The position numbers and the translations under genes are program-made. Positions 1 to 8,341 of a DNA stretch of 64,000 bases are shown piece after piece (position 1 is the stretch's first letter; the number at the start of each line of letters is the position of its first letter). This DNA comes from a virus. The notes beneath the pieces are model-generated. The model had not been told where the DNA came from, did not search any database, and worked only from the letters and a program-made list of their open reading frames with translations. The DNA lies in the IMG/VR virus record IMGVR_UViG_3300027917_000032, positions 23,929 to 87,928 of that record; one strand, written 5' to 3'.

Positions 1-145
1 TCGTGTTCTTTGATCCACTCCGGGGTGGCGTGAACATAGTCGTCGTCGCCGTGGCCCGCTAGACAAGCAGTACCAGAAAGATGAATCTGACAAGTCTCGC
101 ACGGCCCGCTGCAATCGCTAAACAGTTTCATCGGCTTCCTCGTGC

Positions 146-2677
146 TTAAAGGGACCACTCAGATTCGATAGCTGCAAGATCAGCTTCGTCTTGGGCAGCG
201 AACTCCAATTCGCAATCTGGTTCTGGCACGCCAAAGCTACCAGTTGCGCCTTCGTCAAGCGCTGCAGCCAGTTGACTCTCGATTCCTTGTCCATCGGTTT
301 CCTCCGGGGGTTTGATGTGTACTAAATCCGAACCGCTGCCTTTTTCGCCCCAGTTTTCCAGCTTCTTAAACCACTTCATGCCGATCAGCGGCACCTGGGG
401 GCGGTACTCTTCGACCGCTTTCTCCACAATGGCAGCCACTTCATCCTCGTGACCTGGCCGCGTTACACACATGATTTCGTCGTGGACGTTCATTGGAGCC
501 ACAATCCAGTCACTAACACCCGCAGGCTGCACGTCCCAGATACGCCGCTGCACGCGCTTCGTAATCTGAGCACCGGGGGACTGGATTAAGTGGTTGTTGG
601 CCGCGCGGGTGTTGCCAGCTTGAATCTGAAACGCCGCCCCGTAGATCGCGGACGATGTAGCACCGGCGACGCGCTGCTCGCGGTCGCGTCGCACCACTTT
701 CAGATCGACCTTGTTCCAATGCTTCGGCGGGCGACGGGCCAAATTGAAAAGCTCTTTCGAGACGCGGTTCTCCAGCGTAAAGTAGCGGCGGAAACCAAGG
801 AACGTCTCGGAGTAGTCATCCGGTTCGGTCCAGGTGATTGCAGTGCCGATACCTTCGGGTTGCTTCAACGCTTGGAACCGGGCAAATACATCCTCGCGGG
901 ACCGTTTGATACCGGGGTACTGCCGCTGGAATCGCACGAACGCTTCTTCGGCCACGGCAAGCGGAATAGCCAGCTTGTTGTGAATCGTGTTATGATCGCC
1001 GCCGTACAGCATAGCAAACACCGCTTGCTTGCCACGGGTATACATATCCAACTCTTTGTCCCCGTCCGACGCCAGAATCTCCTCATACGACGTACCGGGG
1101 TAAATAGCCTGCCCCATCAGAGCGTGAATCTTCTTACCCGAAAGCAACGCGGCCCTCAGAGCGGGGTCTTTGAACACAGCGTCGGCCAACGTGACTTCAA
1201 ACGAATCGAAGTCACCGCCGCACAGAACCATCCCGTCCCACGCCAGCGGGAACATGCGTCGCACTTCTTCGGAGTGCTTGATACCTTGAGCGTTCAGCCC
1301 GTCGCCGCCCGACATGCGGGAGGAGAGCGTACCGATAACCTTAAAGCTCGCGTGAAAGCGGCCAGCCTTAATCAGTTTGCTATGTAGCTCGACTTCTTTC
1401 GCGGCTTGTTTAATCTCCAGAATCTCCCGCGCTCGCTCTGAAGCAGGCATGGGGCCAAGATCAAGCTCGCCCTTGCCACGACAGCGGAGACAGCCATCCC
1501 CGAAACACTTGATACAAAGTTCGCCCGGCTCCTCCACAACCATTTCGTCGCGGATTTGCTCCAGGTTACTTTTCTTCGTAGAGTCATCAATCAGCAACGA
1601 CTCCGTATCATCCATGCAATCACGAATGTATCGCCGCACTTGATCGGGTTTATTGATATTCACGGGCGACCGTGCGACAATTGCCTGCGCCTTTGCAAGA
1701 AGCTCTTTCGTTTGATCGGTGTCCACCACGAAACCGTGCCAGCGGACAGCCGCCACCATGCAGGAAAGCACGCTGTCATCGTCGCCCGGCTCGGGATGAC
1801 CGAAGTGTTCGTCCAGCAGACGTGTGTACTTCACGTCGTCGCGGGCGTAACGACGCGCCTCTTCGTTTACGGCCCAGTATTGAATGTGTTTGTCGATTAC
1901 GGCGGGCCATGCGTAGCCTTTAGAATCGCCATGCTTATCAAAGCACTCCCAGCCCTTATCAGGCGACGAAACACCGAGGGCGTAGGGAACGTAGCCAAGC
2001 TCAAAGGGACGATACTCTGGCGGAACCTCCACGTCTTTGAACGAGTGAAATTCTGGGTTGAGCCCCAGCGCATACTCGGCCAGGTATTTGAGGCCGCCAG
2101 CCGGATTGAACATGAGACACACGTCTTTGAAGTCGGGGTCAATCTCGCCCTTCTTGTTCTTCCGGTCGTACACCTGCCACTTCGGGGCGTTAGTGTCACG
2201 CCGCTTGGCAAAGAGGATGCCGTCAAGCTCCACCCGCTCCTCAAGCTCTTTCGCTAATGCACCCGCAAGCACCGTGGGCACTTTGCGAATACGAACCGGG
2301 TCGCGGCTCATCAGGCATTGATACTTGTCCTGCCGAGAAATGAGCATCAGGTCAAGAGCCGACGCCGGTTTGACGCACGGGCCGTCTCTACCCATCGGCT
2401 CCATTTCCGCAACCAGCGGGATGTTCGTCGCCGGGACCAGATCGGGCGGCAGCAGACGGAAGATGGTATAGAGCTTGCACAGATGAAACATATCGAAGCT
2501 GAGGTTGAAGCCAACCATCGCATATTGCATCAACTCTTCGATCAGGTCGCAAGACTCATGGGCCGGGCGGGTCCAGGGTTCAAACAGTTGAATCTCGCCG
2601 TCATCAATCGCGTACTGAATCAACACGGGCAGCCCGTGAAATCCACACGTCTCGCTGTCGAGGTAGAGTTTCTTCAC
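146..2677 (-). CDS. polA: Family A DNA polymerase with N-terminal 3'-5' exonuclease
   Basis: ExoI LYLDSET, ExoII GFNLSFD, ExoIII YARDD; motif A GGDFDSFEV, motif B KQAVFAMLYGG, motif C VHDEI; GTG start at 2677 with GGAGGAG RBS and GTGA overlap with upstream stop. Confidence 0.95.
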   Translation of the reverse strand: MKKLYLDSETCGFHGLPVLIQYAIDDGEIQLFEPWTRPAHESCDLIEELMQYAMVGFNLSFDMFHLCKLYTIFRLLPPDLVPATNIPLVAEMEPMGRDGPCVKPASALDLMLISRQDKYQCLMSRDPVRIRKVPTVLAGALAKELEERVELDGILFAKRRDTNAPKWQVYDRKNKKGEIDPDFKDVCLMFNPAGGLKYLAEYALGLNPEFHSFKDVEVPPEYRPFELGYVPYALGVSSPDKGWECFDKHGDSKGYAWPAVIDKHIQYWAVNEEARRYARDDVKYTRLLDEHFGHPEPGDDDSVLSCMVAAVRWHGFVVDTDQTKELLAKAQAIVARSPVNINKPDQVRRYIRDCMDDTESLLIDDSTKKSNLEQIRDEMVVEEPGELCIKCFGDGCLRCRGKGELDLGPMPASERAREILEIKQAAKEVELHSKLIKAGRFHASFKVIGTLSSRMSGGDGLNAQGIKHSEEVRRMFPLAWDGMVLCGGDFDSFEVTLADAVFKDPALRAALLSGKKIHALMGQAIYPGTSYEEILASDGDKELDMYTRGKQAVFAMLYGGDHNTIHNKLAIPLAVAEEAFVRFQRQYPGIKRSREDVFARFQALKQPEGIGTAITWTEPDDYSETFLGFRRYFTLENRVSKELFNLARRPPKHWNKVDLKVVRRDREQRVAGATSSAIYGAAFQIQAGNTRAANNHLIQSPGAQITKRVQRRIWDVQPAGVSDWIVAPMNVHDEIMCVTRPGHEDEVAAIVEKAVEEYRPQVPLIGMKWFKKLENWGEKGSGSDLVHIKPPEETDGQGIESQLAAALDEGATGSFGVPEPDCELEFAAQDEADLAAIESEWSL

Positions 2678-2874
2678 AGAATCTCCTCCCAAGGAATCTC
2701 GGTCGCTTTATCCGGCTGACCGTCACGAAACCGCAGCACAGTCCAAATGCGTTGGTCGGGCGGCTCGGGCGACTGCTTGAGCCACCGTACCATTTCACGC
2801 TTCACCGTCCACGCCCCAATAACGCGGTAGGTGTTGTAGTTGTAGAACAACCAAATATAGCGGGCTCTTGCCAT
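2674..2874 (-). CDS. hypothetical protein
   Basis: RBS-led ORF whose stop overlaps the polA start. Confidence 0.7.
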   Translation of the reverse strand: MARARYIWLFYNYNTYRVIGAWTVKREMVRWLKQSPEPPDQRIWTVLRFRDGQPDKATEIPWEEIL

Positions 2875-2883
2875 TGGACTCTC

Positions 2884-3123
2884 CTAGAATCTCGGCGCAG
2901 ACACGATTCTGTACTTAAACTTGAAACCTTCATCTGTTTCCGTAACAATAATGGTATCACTATCCAAGTCAACCGAAACCGACAGGGTATCAGGGTGCCC
3001 GCCGATATTTCGCAGATGGTGGTGATACGCTATTTGTCGGCACTGCCGCTTATCGGTTGTATAACCAGCCGACAGGATTATATCGCCCATCGACCCAGCG
3101 ATAAGGAAGATAATATCGCTCAT
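2884..3123 (-). CDS. hypothetical protein
   Basis: AGGAG RBS before ATG 3123, in tight operon. Confidence 0.6.
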   Translation of the reverse strand: MSDIIFLIAGSMGDIILSAGYTTDKRQCRQIAYHHHLRNIGGHPDTLSVSVDLDSDTIIVTETDEGFKFKYRIVSAPRF

Positions 3124-3196
3124 GTTCTCTCCTGGTTTAGTCACCCTAACAGCGATCTTAATGGGTATTTCGGGGTTCCTGGTTTGGTGACGGCTA

Positions 3197-3454
3197 CTAT
3201 GAACCCTTGTTCGCCAACTCCGCGAGTACGTCGCCGTGGCACGGCTTAGGCTTACACCAACAGCCCAGCCGCTTACCTTTGAGGAAGCTCAGTTGGGCCA
3301 TCAAGTGTGGCTGCGTCGGCACCCACGCCCGGTACTTCTCGACACACTCCTCCTGCGTGCCGTCTCGCCCCACGATGAAGGGATTACCCCACTGCCCAGG
3401 GCGGCCAATGTAAACATCATAGTCATCGCGGCGGCAATTAACCACGGTTGTCAT
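3197..3454 (-). CDS. DUF4326 domain protein
   Basis: YDVYIGRPGQWGNPF...LKGKRLGCWCKPKPCHGDVL signature. Confidence 0.9.
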   Translation of the reverse strand: MTTVVNCRRDDYDVYIGRPGQWGNPFIVGRDGTQEECVEKYRAWVPTQPHLMAQLSFLKGKRLGCWCKPKPCHGDVLAELANKGS

Positions 3455-3686
3455 CGTCTACCTCAATGATATAGTCGATCATGTCGCGGAGCATCAGTAG
3501 GTTTTCCTTTGTTTGAGCCATCTGATACTTTTCCAGGTCCAAGCACGTCGCCTTACTTAGCCACTCATCTAGCGACCAAGCCGGGTTAAAATTCATCGCG
3601 GCCCCGCTTAAAACAAACGAGACGCGCGTGCCCGCCGAAGGAACGTCGTACTTAAATTGAATCGTCATCGAACACTCCACGGTCAA
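3438..3686 (-). CDS. hypothetical protein
   Basis: overlapping ORF chain; start uncertain. Confidence 0.6.
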   Translation of the reverse strand: MTVECSMTIQFKYDVPSAGTRVSFVLSGAAMNFNPAWSLDEWLSKATCLDLEKYQMAQTKENLLMLRDMIDYIIEVDDDNRG

Positions 3687-3834
3687 TTGCCTTCTCCAGA
3701 TACTCGGCCAACCTGTTCAGCATCTTCTCGATTTCCACGCGGGTTGCGTCAATGTCGGTATCCTCCATCACTGGCTTAGCCGACGCATCGTAGAGGTAGT
3801 AGTAGACGAGGATTTGCATGTCGTCGCGCGTCAT
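3652..3834 (-). CDS. hypothetical protein
   Basis: ATGA overlap with upstream ORF. Confidence 0.6.
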   Translation of the reverse strand: MTRDDMQILVYYYLYDASAKPVMEDTDIDATRVEIEKMLNRLAEYLEKAIDRGVFDDDSI

Positions 3835-3980
3835 TGGAGTCTCCGAATCTCTTGGTTGACTTCTGCCAACCGCTCTTTCAGTTTCGTCACGTCTTGCCGG
3901 AAGTACGCGCGCTCAATGGCGTGCTCGATTGCCTCTTGCTCAATCAGAAGTTCCTTCAGCCGCAGGAATTTGTCTCGCAT
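3831..3980 (-). CDS. small coiled-coil protein (49 aa, not in ORF track)
   Basis: MRDKFLRLKELLIEQ...RRLQ; start/stop overlaps on both sides. Confidence 0.6.
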   Translation of the reverse strand: MRDKFLRLKELLIEQEAIEHAIERAYFRQDVTKLKERLAEVNQEIRRLQ

Positions 3981-4360
3981 CACTCTTCCCATAGCTCGTA
4001 TTCATAGCTATCATTCGGGCCACGCAACTTAACTCCCAGCACGGGGGCCGTTCTCAGGATGCCTCTTCGGCGTTTCCGAAGCACCATCTTCAAACCGTAC
4101 CCTATAATCTCAGGGAGGAAAATACCTGTCTCTGGGTCCATGCTGCCGAGTACAATGGCTTTGTCACGGGGCCAGAAGATTCGCTCGCTGGCGAAAATAA
4201 CTACCCCTCTTTCGGGGGTGCCCACTTCAAGCTCATAGTGGTCGTCGGACATGGTAATCGCCACCCGCGTTTTTCGGGCCAATTTCCGCACGTTCACGCA
4301 GCCGTGGTCCCGGTGCCATGCTAGAAGCTCGGCTTGCTTTTTCAGGAGTTTGTTTCGCAT
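3980..4360 (-). CDS. hypothetical protein
   Basis: tight operon packing. Confidence 0.7.
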   Translation of the reverse strand: MRNKLLKKQAELLAWHRDHGCVNVRKLARKTRVAITMSDDHYELEVGTPERGVVIFASERIFWPRDKAIVLGSMDPETGIFLPEIIGYGLKMVLRKRRRGILRTAPVLGVKLRGPNDSYEYELWEE

Positions 4361-4362
4361 AG

Positions 4363-5130
4363 TTACTCTTCAGTGCAAGTTTCATGCCAAAGTTGGTCAT
4401 CGGTCAAAAACCCCGCTGCCCATGAAAGAGCATCGTAAGGATGCGGAAAAACACCGGCCATGTTTAATTTTGTCAACATTGTGACGATTTCCCGCCTCGA
4501 CCGCGAGGAGCGCCGCGACGCCAGCAGTGTTCGTCCTTTGACGCCGCGACTACGCGCCGCCTCAATTTCCGTAGCCAATATAGCCTGATCCTTTGGACTT
4601 GTTCGGTAGAACTTCAACAAGTCTCTCATGCCGAACACGCCCGCAGCAACTTTGTCTTGTATCTCTTGAGATAGCTCGCGGATTCGCCACCGCACCATCA
4701 CCCACAGATAAGACTTGCATAACTCTTTAGCAATATGGGTAATTGGCACATCGTCGGAGTAGTTTTTCCACAAAGCCCGCGCTTCTTCAATAAGCGTCAA
4801 GTCTTTGCGCTCTAGGTTCTCCACAAGATTCAGTAACGATGCGGCTTCTGGCGTTAGCCCTGTCAACACTGTTGCCGCGATGGTTGACCACTTTAACAGG
4901 TACTTTGCCGCCGTGTAGCGTCTATGCCCAGCGATAATACGAAACTCGTAGTCGCCCTCCCACGGCTGCACTAGAATGGGCATTTGTAACCCGTGCTGCT
5001 TCATACTAGCGGCAAGCTCAGCACATGATTGCGGAGTGACCACGCTGCGACAGTTGAAGTCGGGATCGAGATAAATAGCCGACAGCGGAAGCTCCAGCGT
5101 CTTATACTCGTCAAGTTCCGTATACTTCAT
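4363..5130 (-). CDS. ParB/Srx-family protein with HTH
   Basis: GLQMPILV, IIAGHRRY, NLVENLERKDL motifs. Confidence 0.9.
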   Translation of the reverse strand: MKYTELDEYKTLELPLSAIYLDPDFNCRSVVTPQSCAELAASMKQHGLQMPILVQPWEGDYEFRIIAGHRRYTAAKYLLKWSTIAATVLTGLTPEAASLLNLVENLERKDLTLIEEARALWKNYSDDVPITHIAKELCKSYLWVMVRWRIRELSQEIQDKVAAGVFGMRDLLKFYRTSPKDQAILATEIEAARSRGVKGRTLLASRRSSRSRREIVTMLTKLNMAGVFPHPYDALSWAAGFLTDDQLWHETCTEE

Positions 5131-5483
5131 GGAAAGAGCCGATTGATCGTCACTTCAGGTGTCCAACTAATCCACGGCTTCTTTGCCGCCTCAAACTTCT
5201 TCGTGGATTCCATGTACCAACGCGCCGTGCGGCGACCGTTTCCATGATCGACAATCTCACGGTCATACTCCTTCATCATAGCGTCATCAATGCAATCCCG
5301 AAACGCGGTGTGGAGAATAGCAATCAAGCCGTGAATAACCAACTCCACGTCGAATGATCTGCGACCATCTTCATAAGAAGTCAGCCGATGGGCGAGCATC
5401 GTCGTCAAGGTGGGGCAGTCGAGCCCCTGCGGATCGTCTGTGCCAACCCGAAACTTGAGGGTCACTTCGTAGTCCTGCATCAT
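5127..5483 (-). CDS. hypothetical protein
   Basis: GGAG RBS, ATGA overlaps. Confidence 0.7.
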   Translation of the reverse strand: MMQDYEVTLKFRVGTDDPQGLDCPTLTTMLAHRLTSYEDGRRSFDVELVIHGLIAILHTAFRDCIDDAMMKEYDREIVDHGNGRRTARWYMESTKKFEAAKKPWISWTPEVTINRLFP

Positions 5484-5833
5484 CGCGCTTTCTCCGGGAG
5501 TATGATTCTCAGTTGGAGGTACATCGTATTCTTCCCGCCTAGCTTCCGCCGAGTCTGACAGACAAGAGTGCCATCCGGGTTCTTGTTCCACTTAGCTCCA
5601 ATCAAACGGAGATTGTTGGTAATCCGCTCACGCAACGATACTTGGTGAGCGGCGTTCTTAGCCGACCACTCCAGTAGCAAATCGTAGGGCTTACGGCTCG
5701 GGCGAATCTTATCGGGCGTGGGAAAGTTGCCCGGCAGGTGATCGTGGAGCGTCTGCACCAGCCGAATCGCCTTCATCAATTTGCCAGCTTCATAAGTGAA
5801 GGCTTCAATGGTTTCAAGATACTTAGCGTTCAT
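5480..5833 (-). CDS. hypothetical protein
   Basis: ATGA overlaps. Confidence 0.7.
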   Translation of the reverse strand: MNAKYLETIEAFTYEAGKLMKAIRLVQTLHDHLPGNFPTPDKIRPSRKPYDLLLEWSAKNAAHQVSLRERITNNLRLIGAKWNKNPDGTLVCQTRRKLGGKNTMYLQLRIILPEKAR

Positions 5834-5885
5834 TCTTCGTAGTACACTCCATAGCCAAGTCGTTCGGATTCGCCATATTTAAGCA

Positions 5886-6155
5886 TCAAACGCCCCCGAT
5901 CTGCGGAGGTTCCGACAGTAGATAACCGCTTAGCGACTCAAACTTTTTCTCTGTGCCGATAGGCAACGCGACACGGTATACTGCGTCGCGGTATTGATCG
6001 GGCATATCGGCTGTTCCGAATACGCAGGAACTTGTCAAGATGCCCCGGCACTTGATAAGAGCTTGAAACACTCGGGCAACCGAAGTCTTACCGAGATTAG
6101 GCGGGCGTGTAGTAAATTCTTCGCCAACATCCCAATACCGATAGAGTTGCCCCAA
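5886..6155 (-). CDS. hypothetical protein (start uncertain, must lie 3' of tRNA-Thr)
   Basis: 3' part of ORF 5886..6296; its 5' part overlaps a tRNA. Confidence 0.45.
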   Translation of the reverse strand: MGQLYRYWDVGEEFTTRPPNLGKTSVARVFQALIKCRGILTSSCVFGTADMPDQYRDAVYRVALPIGTEKKFESLSGYLLSEPPQIGGV

Positions 6156-6163
6156 CCGCTCAA

Positions 6164-6236
6164 AGCTGCGGGTGAGAGTCGAACTCACAACCTGCGGATT
6201 ACAAATCCGCTGCTCTGCCAGTTGAGCTACCGCAGC
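6164..6236 (-). tRNA. tRNA-Thr(TGT)
   Basis: cloverleaf: GCTGCGG/CCGCAGC acceptor, GCGGA-TTTGTAA-TCCGC anticodon arm, TTCGA T-loop; CCA not encoded. Confidence 0.95.
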
Positions 6237-6241
6237 GCCAT

Positions 6242-6403
6242 TCATCTGTTCATCTTTGCTCGGCACCATTGGCATACCTTTTTGTACGGGCCACACGGAG
6301 CCAGGTGGACACAGTACGTTCGCCAGCGGCTAAGGTACTCAACAATGCCGCCCTTGCGCCCGCATAGTTCACACTTCTGTTCACACTTCTGTTCATCTTT
6401 CAT
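6242..6403 (-). CDS. small Cys-rich protein between tRNAs
   Basis: MKDEQKCEQKCELCG...CQWC; 12-bp tandem duplication at 5' end. Confidence 0.45.
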   Translation of the reverse strand: MKDEQKCEQKCELCGRKGGIVEYLSRWRTYCVHLAPCGPYKKVCQWCRAKMNR

Positions 6404-6405
6404 AG

Positions 6406-6478
6406 CTGTGCAGGCAGGGCTCGAACCTGCGACGACCGGATTAACAGTCCGGGGCTCTACCAACTGAGCTACTGCACA
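6406..6478 (-). tRNA. tRNA-Asn(GTT)
   Basis: TGTGCAG/CTGCACA acceptor, G discriminator, CCGGA-CTGTTAA-TCCGG anticodon arm, TTCGA T-loop. Confidence 0.95.
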
Positions 6479-6483
6479 GTAAG

Positions 6484-6557
6484 TCACGCGGGGAGGGATC
6501 GAACCTCCGTCTCTCCCGTACAATCGGAAGGCTTTGCTCTCTTTAAGCTACCGCGTG
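6484..6557 (-). tRNA. tRNA-like RNA, undetermined anticodon (6-nt loop ATTGTA)
   Basis: perfect CACGCGG/CCGCGTG acceptor, GGAGG-TTCGATC-CCTCC T arm, GCTT/AAGC D stem; non-canonical anticodon and D loops. Confidence 0.75.
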
Positions 6558-6558
6558 A

Positions 6559-6690
6559 TAGGCTTGCGTGGCGGGTGGTGTTTCACTTATCGGGCGTCGC
6601 CAGTTTCAGCCAGTCAGCACCTACGCTGGCGGGGACTGTTACCCTCCCACCTACTCTACACGACCACGCTCGGTCACGACCTTCCGCCTA
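6559..6690 (-). ncRNA. candidate structured ncRNA of unknown family
   Basis: begins at the predicted TSS; end-pairing TAGGC/GCCTA and GCGTGG/CCACGC, internal hairpins; no minus-strand ORF in the track. Confidence 0.5.
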
Positions 6691-6695
6691 CCTTA

Positions 6696-6723
6696 ATCAT
6701 ATCACACTAATCCTGCTTGTCAA
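6696..6723 (-). promoter_or_regulatory. sigma70-type promoter for the RNA cluster
   Basis: TTGACA-16 nt-TATGAT with extended -10 TG. Confidence 0.75.
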
Positions 6724-7270
6724 GCAATTTCCGCCGCATCCGGTAGATTATTTGGTCATACCCGCCCACGGGCAACTCTTTGCAGTAGGCGAGAAGTAGA
6801 TTAAGCTCGTCCAGTCCGTAGTATTCCCTCCACGGGCGTTTACCGGGTGTCGCGCCTACTGTGGGTAGCTCTATAAAGGGGATGCCCATACTTCCGAAGA
6901 AGGTGTCCAGATCATGCTGCAAAGCCTCATAATGCAGATGAGTACGAGTGTAATGGTTATGCAGAAAGAGCAGGTTGTAGGGATCGCGGCAGTTCTGTAA
7001 CAACTGCTTCAGATACCCGGCAAGGTCGAGTCCTGGGAGGCTCAGCAACCACTTTGTCACGAGAATGTCGGCAGGATTGCGAACAACGCTAAAGGGATAA
7101 CATTTGCTCAGTCCATGCACGCCACGCCTTTTAAGGTCTTTAAGCGTAGAGTGATGCGAACCAACCTCGTGACTGTCCGTATGTTGAAGCAGCGCATTAC
7201 GCAAGGCACGGGACGCGGTATGCGGCTCAGCCAGAAACAGGTAACGATAACGACGATTGATTACGGCCAT
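6707..7270 (-). CDS. sulfotransferase family 2-like protein
   Basis: PSB-like loop FLAEPHTASR, 3'PB-like VVRNP, LHYEALQHD. Confidence 0.7.
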   Translation of the reverse strand: MAVINRRYRYLFLAEPHTASRALRNALLQHTDSHEVGSHHSTLKDLKRRGVHGLSKCYPFSVVRNPADILVTKWLLSLPGLDLAGYLKQLLQNCRDPYNLLFLHNHYTRTHLHYEALQHDLDTFFGSMGIPFIELPTVGATPGKRPWREYYGLDELNLLLAYCKELPVGGYDQIIYRMRRKLLDKQD

Positions 7271-7277
7271 TGTTTCC

Positions 7278-7814
7278 TCAGAACTTGTAACGACAGTGAT
7301 GAAGTTCGTCCAAGAAGTATTCCTTCACCCACATACGCTCAGGACGCTTGTAGAATATCTGATAAGGTGCGCCGTCACGAGCCGAGTCGGTTACGCGAGG
7401 TAGGTCAAGCGGAGCCATGCCCGCTTTAACCAACGCCTGATCGAAGTCAGCTTGCAACTGCTCGTATCGCATCCATGTGTTGACATGATGCGCACCAATC
7501 CACCAGAGCCGGTGGTCTTGAACGAAGTGTGGACTATTCTCAACAAAACGTGGAAGAAAGTCAATCAGCGGCGTCATCGCCCTGGCTTTCCGCTCCAGCT
7601 TGAACCACCACGAGATGAGGGCGTCGTAATGGTTCCGCACCGTTGAGCACACGGTCCAGTCGGGTCCAATCTCATAGTCAGAGTCATCGGGCGTCGTATG
7701 GTGCGAGCCGATCAGCACCGCGCCACGATGCTCTTTCAACGCTCGGGCAACCGCTTTGCTCCCCGTGCGTGGCGCAGCGATGTAACAGAACTTCCATTCA
7801 GGAATCACATACAT
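7278..7814 (-). CDS. sulfotransferase family 2-like protein (paralog)
   Basis: YIAAPRTGSK, TVRNHYDALISW, MRYEQLQADF; GGAGGAG RBS before ATG 7814. Confidence 0.75.
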   Translation of the reverse strand: MYVIPEWKFCYIAAPRTGSKAVARALKEHRGAVLIGSHHTTPDDSDYEIGPDWTVCSTVRNHYDALISWWFKLERKARAMTPLIDFLPRFVENSPHFVQDHRLWWIGAHHVNTWMRYEQLQADFDQALVKAGMAPLDLPRVTDSARDGAPYQIFYKRPERMWVKEYFLDELHHCRYKF

Positions 7815-8154
7815 CGTAAAGCTCCTCCACAACTTTCTGCATCGCGGCTCTAGCCTTTACCCACAAGCCGCGCAGCTTTCGATCCTTGATGCGTGCCGCT
7901 GGAACCAGTGAGTAAATGCTAAATCCGATGCCTTCATAAGCTACAATCTCCCGAACGTCGCCCACGTCCAGCGGACCTTTGGGCGGGTTGGGCATTTCAA
8001 TCGCAGGCATACCTCTCGGCATATCCGCCACCCACCCGCCAGGCTCAGGGACCAGCGGGTGAGCGCGTTTGTCGGTGAAGTCAAAGCCACAGTCGCACTG
8101 CTTCTTGCGGGTGCCGTGCTTGGCTTGACACTCGGGGCAGATTTTCTTAGGCAT
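7798..8154 (-). CDS. zinc-ribbon protein
   Basis: N-terminal CPEC...CDCG. Confidence 0.65.
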   Translation of the reverse strand: MPKKICPECQAKHGTRKKQCDCGFDFTDKRAHPLVPEPGGWVADMPRGMPAIEMPNPPKGPLDVGDVREIVAYEGIGFSIYSLVPAARIKDRKLRGLWVKARAAMQKVVEELYDVCDS

Positions 8155-8341
8155 CCAGCTTTCCCAACTTGCCCTCGTCTCTCAGCGTGACCAGACACAG
8201 TGCGCACACGGACAGCGACGTGACAATCTCTGTGCCACGCCCGCCATTCTTATAGCGTACCGGGCGTGTCTCAGTGACCGCACGGATTAGCTTAGTGCCG
8301 TGCGGAACTTGCTTGCCGCAGTTTTCACAGCGATAGCTCAT
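8147..8341 (-). CDS. small zinc-finger protein
   Basis: CENC...CALC. Confidence 0.65.
   Translation of the reverse strand: MSYRCENCGKQVPHGTKLIRAVTETRPVRYKNGGRGTEIVTSLSVCALCLVTLRDEGKLGKLDA

Noticed and set aside
6074-6152. Long imperfect hairpin (GGGCAAC/GTTGCCC) downstream of tRNA-Thr
   Set aside because: No T-loop or cloverleaf, and it overlaps a plausible CDS; may be chance
6242-6523. ORF-track extensions across the tRNA genes
   Set aside because: They overlap clear tRNAs; only the inter-tRNA portion was kept
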